Shown: in pieces, positions 12,656 to 23,239 of the stretch | Layout: the number at the start of each line of letters is the position of its first letter | Numbering within the stretch: the first letter of the stretch is position 1 | From: Phaeosaccion multiseriatum | Lineage: Eukaryota > Protista > Ochrophyta, other classes | Assembly: GCA_965112735.1 (NCBI GenBank) | Contig: OZ218951.1 | Coordinates: 3,596,001-3,660,000 of the forward strand | DNA: 64,000 nt | Direction: 5' to 3' | Made by a program: the position numbers and the translations under genes | Notes under the pieces: generated by a model | Database searches by the model: none | What the model saw: only the letters and a program-made list of their open reading frames with translations | Told to the model about the DNA's origin: nothing

Positions 12656-15399
12656 TTATTGTCTGAAACTGTTGAAGAGCGAGTTTGACACGCTTCCGCT
12701 GCCCTCAAGGAAGCTGGTGGTCTCCATGGGAATAAACGTGAGGTAGCAGGTGAGGATGGCGAGCAACACGGCCATCTGCCGCCCGGCACTCACGGGCTCG
12801 CCCTCATTCTGCACCGCCACCAGCTCGCCCCGAAAGAAGAAGAAGAGCGCGGCGCACCCCACGGAGAGGATGGGGTTGGTGCCGAAAAGCACTTGATACA
12901 GGCAGAACAGGCTGCTGAAGGGGAGGGCAAAGAAGAGGTCCGAGAACAGACCCAGCGACACCCTGCACGCGTTTGCTCCATCGTTCCTGCCGAAGGGGAT
13001 CAAGGACAGTACATTGGCGAAAACGCCAAACACCCCAGCCACCGCGGCGGGGTGCAGAGGCACGGCAGCTGCCAGATCCGCCACCCCAACATTGGCCTCG
13101 GGTAGAAAGACGTTGACGGTTCCACCCAGCAGCTGGCTGGACGCAAGTATCTCAGGCGCCAGGCGGGGGAAGTCTGCGAGCGTCTGCGGCGAGGCAGAGG
13201 CAGTCAACACGAGGCCGCCGAGGAAGCATGCTGTCGATGCCACCAGGCCGACGAGGGGCCCCGCCAGGGAAAAGTCAATGAGCGCGTTGTTGTCCTTTGG
13301 GTAGCCTGCGGGCTCGACAATGGAGGGCACCAGACCAATGGTGGGTACCCCCATGGCTCTCGGGAGTTGGACGGGCATGCCCTGCACAGCCGCCACAGAG
13401 AGATGCGCTGCGTCGTGCAGGAGTTGCAGCCCCACAATAAGGCCAGACAGCTGCAGCACCTTGCCAATATCGTTGCTGTTCAGCGCCTGGAAGGAATCGT
13501 TGAGGCTGTACGAGTTCAATGCCGCTGCGTACGACGTGCACAGGCCTAAAAAAGCGAGGGCTAAGGTCGCCGGTCGGCCCCCCGGTGCACTGCGGGGCCG
13601 TACCTCTCTGGGAACAACGGCGATGGCTTGCCCCTGCGCCTTGTCCATAATGCCCTGTATCACATCAGGCACACTCCCTTCCACATCCATTTGTCCAGAC
13701 TCAATCGCCTCCGTCTCCACGTCCATGGTTGCGCTAAACACGGCAAGGTCATTTACCAGGAAAAGCTGCAGCTGCTTCGACAAGCCCGTCTGCTCCAGCT
13801 TCTCCGTCACCTTGCCCCAATTGCGCGCCAGAGTCTTGTCCTTTTGAAAGTCTCCTCGCACGAGGGCAATGTCGCACTTCAAGGCCTTGAGACTCACCGC
13901 TCCGGGGAAGAGGTCTCCCACCAACACCTCCTCCTTGAGCCGCGCCAACGAGTTCTCTGGAAAGCCTGGGGTGCCTCTCGAGCCGCTGCTATCGGCGTCC
14001 GGCAACAGCAAGCCGGCGAAGACCTTAGCGGCGGTGGCGTCTTGGGCCAGCTCCATGAATTCGTCGACGCCCTTCTCCGCCGGCATGTCTTGGAGGAAGT
14101 TGTCGTCCGCCAACACCTCCGCCGTCGCCTTGTTCTGATCCGCCATGCTCAGCTCCAGCCAGGAGAGAGACACGATGAGGGCCATGTCCTTCAGCACCTC
14201 TTCGTCCAGCTCCCACCGCGATGGGTCCATGTCGTCAATCATCACCCCCTCCCCCCGCCCCTCCTCCTCCTCCTCCTGCCTGGCCATGGCTCTCCGTTGC
14301 CACCGCCAGTACGCACTGCCAAGGAGCTCCGCCTGCAGCACGCGGTACTTGGACTTGTCGAGCTCTGGCCGGAGACGCAGTAGGTCCTGGAAGCGCTGCT
14401 TGAAAAAGGAGCGCATCGCAATCTCGCGGTAGACTTTCCCTGCCATACCCGGGCCTAGAGCCTTCTCAAAGTCCGATGTCACGGCCTGGTACTTGAAACT
14501 GGCCTTGTTCTCAAACAGCGACACGTGCGAGAGAAGCACCGCTCTCTGCTCCTCCTTCTTCTTCTTTCCTCCTTTCGAGGAGGAATCTTCCTTCGTATCA
14601 GCCATCAGCCGGCGGAGCTTCTCCTCTCCTCGACCCCCTCCCCTGAACAGTACCCCATTGTCATCTTGTTGGACCTTTAGCAGCAACTTTTCGAATGTCT
14701 TCACGGCTCGCTTCTGCTGGTCCTTCGGTAAGCCTTCTGCCTCTGCGAACATTTCGAGCTGCTCCCGGACGGACCTGCCGCTGGACATGACGCGAACCGA
14801 GTCGGCCGTCCCGTCCATCAGCTCCACGGCCATCCTGTCCATGAGCTTCATCGCGTCCTCGGGCTCCGTCGCCTCCCCTTTCCCGCCGGCCACTGTTTCC
14901 CTCCACTGCGTCACGTTCACCTGGTCCGCCAGGCGCGCGGCATCGAGTGGCATGGCCGCCATTTTCGCTACATCAGGGTGCACCGCGGCTCGTCCTGCCT
15001 CGCGCTTCTTCAGCAGATTCTCCTTCTTCGCCTGGTCTCGAAGGAGCCTTTCCTGCGTACCAAAAGGGCGACCAGACGACGATTCCGAACGGCAACGAGA
15101 GGAGAGTGAGTCAGTGAGCACAAGTTGACGACAGCAACGACTGACTGACACACCTTCTCTAAGAGCACCCTCGCCTGCTCGTTCTCGAGTTTCATCCGCT
15201 CAGCCTCCAGCATGATTCCTTCTGCCCGCGAGCGCAGAGCTGCCGCAGACACCTCCCCATCTCCAAGCCCAACCTGACGTCCAACTGTTTGCAGCCTGCT
15301 TGCCCACTCTTCGTCCGCTGCTGCTCCTGCTTCATCATCGCTCTCAGCGCCATCTTCAGTCCCGTCTATTACAAGGCTAACTCTGCCGCGCCCATTCAG

Positions 15400-15432
<33 letters not shown>

Positions 15433-15618
15433 AGGCTGCTGCTGAGGCTGCTGCTTCCCCTGTCGCTGCAGCGATGAGAAGGACGGAGCTGTGCTTGCTG
15501 ACGGGGCTCGCTCATGATTGATTCTCCTTCGCGGCGCCAGACCCTGCGTCACGAAAGCGGACACTTGCTCAAAGTGGAGCAGCAGCAGCACCAACACCAC
15601 TGCCACCAAGTGGTTCAT
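12656..15618 (-). CDS. EGY-like M50 (site-2 protease family) membrane metalloprotease homolog, probably plastid-targeted; 2 exons
   Basis: Signal peptide ending VSA-FV; HDAAH at the HExxH position; DFSLAGPLVG; LHPAAVAG..LSLIPFGRNDG; multiple TM helices; intron about 15053-15153. Confidence 0.8.
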
Positions 15619-15683
15619 TTTAGACTGAAAGCTTTATGTGTTCATAGCTTCTCTGCGGCCTAAAGGGCAGGGCAGGCCCGGGG

Positions 15684-18408
15684 CCCTTGTATGTCAATTA
15701 ACCGCCCTGGATGTCAGTAGAAGATCAGTAGAATCAACATTTTGAGTGGGCTCAGGAAAAGAGGTATTACGCACGCTACAGAGCACCACAGGCGAAGCGC
15801 TTCGGGAGATCTGAGGCAAAGACCGTATTCTAGATGTTGAGCAGCTTAAAGTCTGATTGTTGCGTCTGTATAGAGCGATTTAGGAGGTGAAATGTGCTGC
15901 TATGGTGACGAGATCTTTGCCCCTGAACAAGGGAGAAAGAGAGAGGCGTAGCTCACACAAGAGGTGATAATCTTCGGGCTGAATACGGATTATGTAGTCA
16001 AATAGCCGATGTGAAGCTGGGAGCGCGGTCTTAGGAGATAGTGGGCTAACATGTGGAGCTGAAATGTCCGTTGCTTTGGCGGGAATTTGGGCCTCAAACA
16101 AGGGGGGAGTGGGGGAAGAGCGTGTGCGAGCAAGAGCCCATGAGGGAGGAATGGCTTTGAGCAGACTGCGACCCACATATGGAAGTCGACGTTGAGCAGC
16201 TCAGAGTGCGATTGCAGGTGCTGTGGAGCAGAAGGGGTGAGGCGAGATGGAAACACTTATGGCAGCAGTTTTCACCTCAAAAATGGTGAGGAGAGGGAGG
16301 AGCGTGTGCGACCAGCAGACCACGAGATATGAAACCCTTGAGAAGACTTGAGGGACACATAGTCTGCTGAGTGCTGGGCAGCTCGAAGTGTCCTTTCAGG
16401 AGCTACAGAGTGAGGGAGAGAATTTACAAGTGTGAAGGGCCCCTTTTCGTCGTCATCCTGACCCTCGATCGAGGGGGAAGAGAGGGTATGACGATAGATA
16501 TGGGCCAGATACAACGCGAGGCTATACCTCATGACCATGCGCCGATTTGGTACTCTTTACATGCTTTCCTTGGAGAGGATGCGATTTACAACGCTATCTA
16601 TGTGTATATTCGTCATTTTAACCTAATTTCACGGATGGGCAGCTCCAACTGTACACACATTGCCCCTCCTCCCCTTATCGGTGCTGCTACAGCTACTACT
16701 ACTATAGATGCTGCACGAGGCTCCGTCTTACCTGCGAAATCCGTCTCGGTAGCCCGCCAAGCCCTCCTCTGGCAGCTCCTAACCCCCCTGCCACGGCCTC
16801 CACCCCACTTTCTCTGCATACAGGGCGGTCAGCGACTTGAGTATGGCCTTGCGGCTCATCGTCCTGTCGCCCCTGAGTCACAATCGCTTTTCGACCATGT
16901 GCCACGACGAACACCACCACCCACAGCCACAGCACGCTACCCCCCCCCCTTTCTCCGGCTCAGCTCCCATGGCCGCCTCGGCAGCCGATGGCGCGTCCAG
17001 CTGCTGCTTGATTGAGCTTCTCTCACTCGTGGCTGGTAGGCTTCAATACGAGCACGCTCATCCGCAGTAGCCAGGAGGAGCTGCAGCTGATCGTGCAGAA
17101 ACGGCGTCCCCCGGGGTGGACGACGAGGCGGATAAGCTTGACTTCTATCTGGACGCCTGCTTCTCTTCCCCCCGCTCGTCTGGCCACTGCCGCTCGTGAA
17201 CCCCTTGCTCCTTACCTTCTCGCTCCCTGAAGAGAGGCAGGATGGTAGCCGCAGTCGTTCTCCTGCCCCGGTAATGACCCTCGTGATGACCTAACCGAAG
17301 GGGCCAAAATTAGGGAGGTGGACACGAGGTGATTTCCCATGTCTGGTTAAGCTCGCTGAAGCTGAAAGTTGGACATCTGACAACTCACACACTAGATGCC
17401 ACAACATACCTTGTGTCGCCCTTGACTCTGCCGGGAAGGTTCCTTCCCTTTCCTCTCCACCCTCATACTTCGCCACCTGTGCAGTGACCTCGGGAGAAGA
17501 TGTCGAAGTCCCCCCGATAGCCCCACCACCCACGTCCCGCAATAACAGGGGGCAGGGGAGTTAGTATTACGCCCCTTAAGCAAGACCGATGCTCTGACAG
17601 GGCGTGGGATCGGCTGCTCATGACCTCACAAAAAGGACCCTTCAAAGGCAAAAGAGAGAAGAGCACACGTATGCGATTGTGCACATGGGATTATGACCTT
17701 TGAAGCTAAAACTTGGTCACAAGCCAGGCTATATATGAGTGATGTTAATCCCTCTTGCCCCGCTCGTAACTGCCAGGCGAAGCCTTCCATCTCACGCCCT
17801 CTCCCCCTCTCGTGTGCCCTCACCTTTTCGGCCACCTCGGGTGACGACCTGCCATAGACCTCTTGCCCCCCGCCCATGGACAGCAGCGGTACGGGGGTCA
17901 TCAGACGTGTCCTGCGGACGAGATGACGCCCTCATGGGCCCTGAAAATCGGTAGAATAGAGCAGTGTCCACGTCTCAGAGACATCCAACTGTGAAGGTGG
18001 AGTACCCTAACTTCAGGGGCAAAAGTGCCGACGAGCTGGAGGCGGAAGAGCATGCGACGCATATGAAAAGTTTCGCATACTCCTGGAGAAGAGATCCTAT
18101 CTTGCCCACGGCTGATCTCTATGGGTATACCCCCCTCCGTCCTCTCTCTCTCTCGAAACCAAGGTTGGCGAAAAACGCACCTTTGCCGCTCACTCGCTAG
18201 TTCTTGCCACAAAGCTGCTGTGAGCACGCTCTCAGCTGCCTAATCCCGAGTTCAGTGTGTTTTCCTCAAGCTTGCGCAAGCGCTTCGTCTGGGATAGTCC
18301 TTGTATCTAGTATTCATCTCCTCCCTCACGCGCCCCAGCCGATGAAAAAAAATTGACTAAAAATTTCGGTCCTACTGACATCCAGGGCGGTTAATTGACA
18401 TACAAGGG
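15684..18408. mobile_element. Putative non-autonomous DNA transposon (2.7 kb) with 37-bp perfect TIRs
   Basis: CCCTTGTATGTCAATTAACCGCCCTGGATGTCAGTAG at 15684-15720 and its exact reverse complement at 18372-18408. No intact transposase ORF recognised and no clean TSD. Confidence 0.75.
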
Positions 18409-18659
18409 AGGAGAGTATTTATTGACTTAATAGACATCACCTAAGAAACTGAAAGTGCCCCGGAGCGGGGCCGCGTGGGGGGCCAAGTGCGCGTTGCTGC
18501 TTGGCGTTGGCCCCCTTCTTCTCCCCCCCGCCTCCTGCTCTCTTACCCTCACGCCTGAGCCCCCGGAAGCAAATGAGAGATCAAATGTATTTTAATGAAG
18601 AAGAACACAATCAAAACTGCACCGAGGCCTGTAGCTTGCTCGTTCGCTCGCTCCCCCTG

Positions 18660-18705
18660 GTCACTCACTCACTCACTCACTCACTCACTCACTCACTCAC
18701 TCACT
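18660..18705. repeat. (TCAC)n microsatellite
   Basis: About 11 tandem TCAC units. Confidence 0.9.
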
Positions 18706-20330
18706 GGATTTGCTGCATGTGACATACAATCCCTACTCCGCCCTGCTCCTCCTCGATCCTTGCCGCTCCCCGCAGATGGTCAATGACGCCCAAGCCCCAC
18801 CGCTCCATGGACTGCTCCTGTCCAGACAGGGGGATGGCCGGCCCTCTGGACAGGGTCTCCAGCAGCCCGTCTACGTTGCCCACACAGTTTTTTGGGTTTG
18901 GAGGGAGGAGGGAATTGTGAATTGTGGAAAGGGGTTCATTTTCACGCAACACCCAAAGAGAGGAGGGGAGGGGAGGGGGGGATTTGTTAGAAGAATATAC
19001 AGGATAGCAGCAGGGAAGTAAGGCATGAACCGACAAACGAAAAACACTTCTACGCCTTCTCACGTCGCGCTTCACCGAACCTCAGGAAGCACTCCCCCTC
19101 CCCAGCTTCAAGAGAGGGCTGTCAAGGACGAGAAAGCGGAAACTCAAACAGAGACGGAGCTCTCCCCTCTGCTGCCCTCCCATTCTCCCAACTATGCCAA
19201 AGACGGCGTGAGGGGTGGCGACCCCCTCCTGCCGATCCAGCAGGGACAGACGCTGGACTCTCAAATCAATGAACTAATCACCGAACCAACGCGCTAAACA
19301 GAGAAGCGAAGCACAGCAACCCGCCACGCACCGTCACTGGGGGGCATGTGTGGGTTGAAGAACTGCTCCAGGTGGGCGGCGTGCGTCTTGAAACCGTCGC
19401 ACTGCCTCAGCAGCTTCTCCCGCTGGGCAAGGATCTCCATCTGAGGCAAGGGGGGTGGGTGGGTGGGTGGGTGGGTGAAGTATGTCAATGGGTGGGCGGG
19501 TCGGTGGGTTGGGGTGGGGCAGAAGGGTAGGTGGGTTTGAGTGGGGCAGAGGATATCGAACAAAAGCGTGGCTCGAAAATCTCCCTCGGCGCCCCCACCC
19601 CGCCCATATCCCTGCACCCAGTCCCTGCAGCCCTGCCTGCCCTGCCCCTACACCTCTACCCAATCCCTGCTGCCGTGCCTGCCGTACCCTGCCCTACCCA
19701 TACACCTCTGCCCTGCCCTGCCCATACACCTCTACTCTGCCCTGCCCATACACCTTCTCCTCTACCCTACCCTGCCCATACACCTCTACCCTGCCCTGCC
19801 CATACACCTCTGCCCTGCCCTGCCCATACACCTCTACTCTGCCCTGCCCATACACCTTCTCCTCTACCCTACCCTGCCCCTACACCTCTACCCTGCCCTG
19901 CCCATACACCTCTACCCTGCCCTGCCCTGCCCTGCCCTCCCCATACACCTCTACCCTGCTGCGCCCGCCCGCCTGCCCTCAGCCCCGCGTGTCTACACCG
20001 CTGACCTTGTCTGGCGGCTCCATACCAAGCCTTGACACGTCGATTAGGGCCTTCGCCGTCTCCTCCACTAGAAGGGCGAGTCGTTCCTAAAATAGGGGGG
20101 GGGGGGAAGAGCGTTTCCAATCATGACATTCCAATAACGAGTGTGATTGCCGTGAGCGAACTGAGCCAAAAGTGGCCGGCGACGAGAGAGAGACACAAAG
20201 AGAGCAGGGACTCATACCTGTAGCGGGCTGCATCTACCGCTTCTGCTACTCCTTCTCCTCATTGCCTAAGCTTCGGCGGCGCCTGCCTCCCGTCTCAGTG
20301 GCGTGCCATAATCATCATCATCATCATCAT
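18701..20330 (-). CDS. Hypothetical spliced protein, boundaries uncertain
   Basis: Exon-like segments with AG/GT flanks: ERLALLVEETAKALIDVSRLGMEPPDK (about 20006-20086) and MEILAQREKLLRQCDGFKTHAAHLEQFF (about 19333-19440). No domain recognised. Confidence 0.35.
19635..19960. repeat. Minisatellite with a unit of about 24 bp (CCCTGCCCATACACCTCTACCCTG), intronic
   Basis: About 10 imperfect tandem copies between the two exon-like segments above. Confidence 0.9.
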
Positions 20331-20787
20331 CATCATCATTGCCCTGACTCAGAACCGGCCCCCCTCTCTTTCCGTTCTTCCTTCCTTCCTTCCTTGCTTC
20401 CTTCTGTCCTTCCTCCCTGCCTCCCTGCCCCCTTCCTTCCCCGCGAAGCGATCAACACTTCCTCCACCTACCGCTCCGATCTCGACCCCTTCTGCCCTCT
20501 TCTCCGGTGGCAGACAGGCCGCTTTCCTCCCACCTAAACGGCAGGCAAGCAGGGAGAGCAACAGCGAAATGAGTCAGTTCAGAGGAAGGGGGTTGCATTC
20601 AGCAGGCCTGACTCCGACTCCGCTGACCACCACCGCCCAGAGCAAGCGAGTGCAAGCCCAAGCTCCTGCCTACACAGTACCTACATAGACCCCGCCACTC
20701 CGCACACCAGCCTCTCTTGGCACACACCTGCATGGGGCCTCCTCTCCTCCTCCTGGCGTGCAGAGGGCGTCTGATTCCTTCGCAACT

Positions 20788-23034
20788 CTACCCCGCTTCT
20801 GATTCATTCGCAAGGCGCGGGAAAACGGGAGAGCTTCCGTGTCTAGAATAGTGGTACTCCACGCGGAGCCCCTCCGGCAGATCTGCGGGCAGCGGGCACT
20901 GCCTCCCAACCTTGAGATACTGGAGGCCAGCAGGTAGGTCTGTCAATGGACAGGTGTACCTCTTTCCCAGCGTTAGCCTCCGCAGAGACGCAGGGAGCTG
21001 CAAGGGATGATTAAAGCCGCCCTCCATCACCACCTCCTCCACACCACAAGGAAGAATCAACTGCTGATTGAACGCCGAGTAAGCATGAAAAGTAAGCTTC
21101 CTCAGCGAGGGAGGGAAAACGATGGGTCTGTTAAAGTCCTTCCCGAATGTCACCTCCTCCAGCGAGCTCGGCAGGATCACATCAGGCTGATTGAACGCTG
21201 AATCCCAGTGGAAAATAAGCTTCCTCAGCGAGGGAGGGAAAGCGATGGGTCTGTCAAAGTCCCTCCCGAATCTCATCTCCTCCAGCGAGCTCGGCAACAA
21301 CACATCAGGCTGATTGAACGCCGATTCCGAGCAGAAAGTAAGCTTCCTCAGCGAGGGAGGGAAAACGATGGGTCTGTTAAAGTCCTTCCCGAATGTCACC
21401 TCCTTCAGCGAGCTCGGCAACAACACATCAGGCTGATTGAACGCCGAATAGAAGAGTAAAGTAAGCTTCCTCAGCGAGGGAGGGAAAACGATGGGTCTGT
21501 CAAAGTCCCTCCCGAATGTCATCTCCTTCAGCGAGCTCGGCAACAACACATCAGGCTGATTGAACGCCGATTCCGAGCAGAAAGTAAGCTTCCTCAGCGA
21601 GGGAGGGAAAACGATGGGTCGGTTAAAGTGCTTCCCGAATGTCACCTCCTTCAGCGAGCTCGGCAACAACACATCAGGCTGATTGAACGCCGAATTGAAG
21701 CAGAAAGTAAGCTTCCTCAGGGAGGGAGGGAAAACGGTGGGTCTGTTAAAGTCATTCCCGAATGTCACCTCCTTCAGCGAGCTCGGCAGGATCACATCCG
21801 GCTGATTGAACGCCGAAGACCAGCTGAAACTAAGCTTCCTCAGCGAGGGAGGGAACGCGATGGGTCTGTTAAAGTCCCTCCCGAATGTCACCTTTTCCAG
21901 CGAGATCGGCAGGATCACGTCAGGCTGATTGAACGCCGAACTCAAAGTAAGGTTCCTCAGCGAGGGAGGGAAAGCGACGGGTCTGTTGAAGTTCCACCCG
22001 AATGTCACCTCCTCCAGCGAGATCGGCAGGATCACATCAGGCTGATTGAACCGCGAGTACGAGTGGAAAACAAGCTTCCTCAGCGAGGGAGGGAAAGCGA
22101 TGGATCTGTTAAAGTCCCTCCCGAACTCCACCGCCTCCAGCGAGCTCGGCAGGATCACATCAGGCTGATTGAACCGCGAGAGCTCAGCAAAAGTAAGCTT
22201 CCTCAGCGAGGGAGGGAAAGCGATGGATCTGTTAAAGTCCCTCCCGAATTCCACCGCCTCCAGCGAGCTCGGCAGGATCACATCAGGCTGATTGAACAGC
22301 GAGCCCTCAGCAAAAGTAAGCTTCCTCAGCGAGGGAGGGAAAGCGATGGGTTTGTTAAAACCCGCCCCGAATCTCACCTCCTCCAGCGAGCTCGGCAGGA
22401 TCACATCAGGCTGATTGAACCACGAGTTCGAGAGGAAAGTAAGCTTCCTCAGCGAGGGAGGGAAAGCGATGGATCTGGTAAAGTCCCTCCCGAATTCCAC
22501 CTCCTCCAGTGAGCTCGGCAACAACACATCAGACTGATTGAAAGCGTCAGAGAAGAGCACACCCTTCACCGACCGTGGCAACATGGACAACACTTTGACA
22601 ACGAGAGCCTTTCCAGGGGCAGAACGGCCGCGTCCATTCTGGGCGCCGAGACGCACGGCGGTCACGCAAAATGAACGGCTCTCCTTTCCCGGCCCAGCCT
22701 CATTGCGCTGTGAGCTCTCGGGCAGCTGGCGCTGTGCCCTTCCCTTTGCCCGCTTCCCCCCCCTTTCGAGCGCATCCTGATCTGCGGCAGCAGCAGGCCT
22801 AGTCCCCGACCAAGAAGACGAAGATGCAGTATGGTGCTTCTCCTCGTCTTTCTGCTGCTGCTCCTCCAGCATGCTAAGCATGCGCCTCTTGACATCACCA
22901 GGCATGTCGGCGCTAAGGACCAGAGTACGGCGCGTGAGCTTGTCCACCTCCTTGCACACTCCCCACAGAGCCTTGTGTGTCGGGAAAAGGCTGGCCACAG
23001 TACTCAAGGCCCGCGCTCCGCGGGTATCACTCAT
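20788..23034 (-). CDS. FNIP-repeat (LRR-like) protein with possible degenerate F-box-like N-terminus
   Basis: Uninterrupted ORF with about 12 tandem 41-aa (123-bp) units FNQPDV(I/L)LPSSLxEVxFGxxFNRPIxFPPSLRKLTFxxxSx. First ATG at 23034. Confidence 0.88.
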   Translation of the reverse strand: MSDTRGARALSTVASLFPTHKALWGVCKEVDKLTRRTLVLSADMPGDVKRRMLSMLEEQQQKDEEKHHTASSSSWSGTRPAAAADQDALERGGKRAKGRAQRQLPESSQRNEAGPGKESRSFCVTAVRLGAQNGRGRSAPGKALVVKVLSMLPRSVKGVLFSDAFNQSDVLLPSSLEEVEFGRDFTRSIAFPPSLRKLTFLSNSWFNQPDVILPSSLEEVRFGAGFNKPIAFPPSLRKLTFAEGSLFNQPDVILPSSLEAVEFGRDFNRSIAFPPSLRKLTFAELSRFNQPDVILPSSLEAVEFGRDFNRSIAFPPSLRKLVFHSYSRFNQPDVILPISLEEVTFGWNFNRPVAFPPSLRNLTLSSAFNQPDVILPISLEKVTFGRDFNRPIAFPPSLRKLSFSWSSAFNQPDVILPSSLKEVTFGNDFNRPTVFPPSLRKLTFCFNSAFNQPDVLLPSSLKEVTFGKHFNRPIVFPPSLRKLTFCSESAFNQPDVLLPSSLKEMTFGRDFDRPIVFPPSLRKLTLLFYSAFNQPDVLLPSSLKEVTFGKDFNRPIVFPPSLRKLTFCSESAFNQPDVLLPSSLEEMRFGRDFDRPIAFPPSLRKLIFHWDSAFNQPDVILPSSLEEVTFGKDFNRPIVFPPSLRKLTFHAYSAFNQQLILPCGVEEVVMEGGFNHPLQLPASLRRLTLGKRYTCPLTDLPAGLQYLKVGRQCPLPADLPEGLRVEYHYSRHGSSPVFPRLANESEAG

Positions 23035-23239
23035 GCTTCTCCAAGGAAGAGCTCCTTTTGACAAGGGTACTTAAAGTAAAGAAAGGGGGGAAATAAGGAA
23101 ACGACGTTTAGAAACTGAAACTGAAAGTGTGTGGGTGTGTGTGTGAAATAAGTCAGGGGGCCCCCTGTCCCGTTTGTTCATTCTCGGTTGCAGCCGTGGT
23201 TTGTCGTACGTTAAAAAGCCGAGATGAATAATCTTATAG

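Noticed and set aside
15684-18408. piggyBac assignment from the CCCT termini
   Set aside because: No flanking TTAA duplication.
19482-20090. Cys/Pro-rich YTSTLPCP repeat protein
   Set aside because: All three plus-strand frames are open because of a minisatellite lying in a minus-strand intron.
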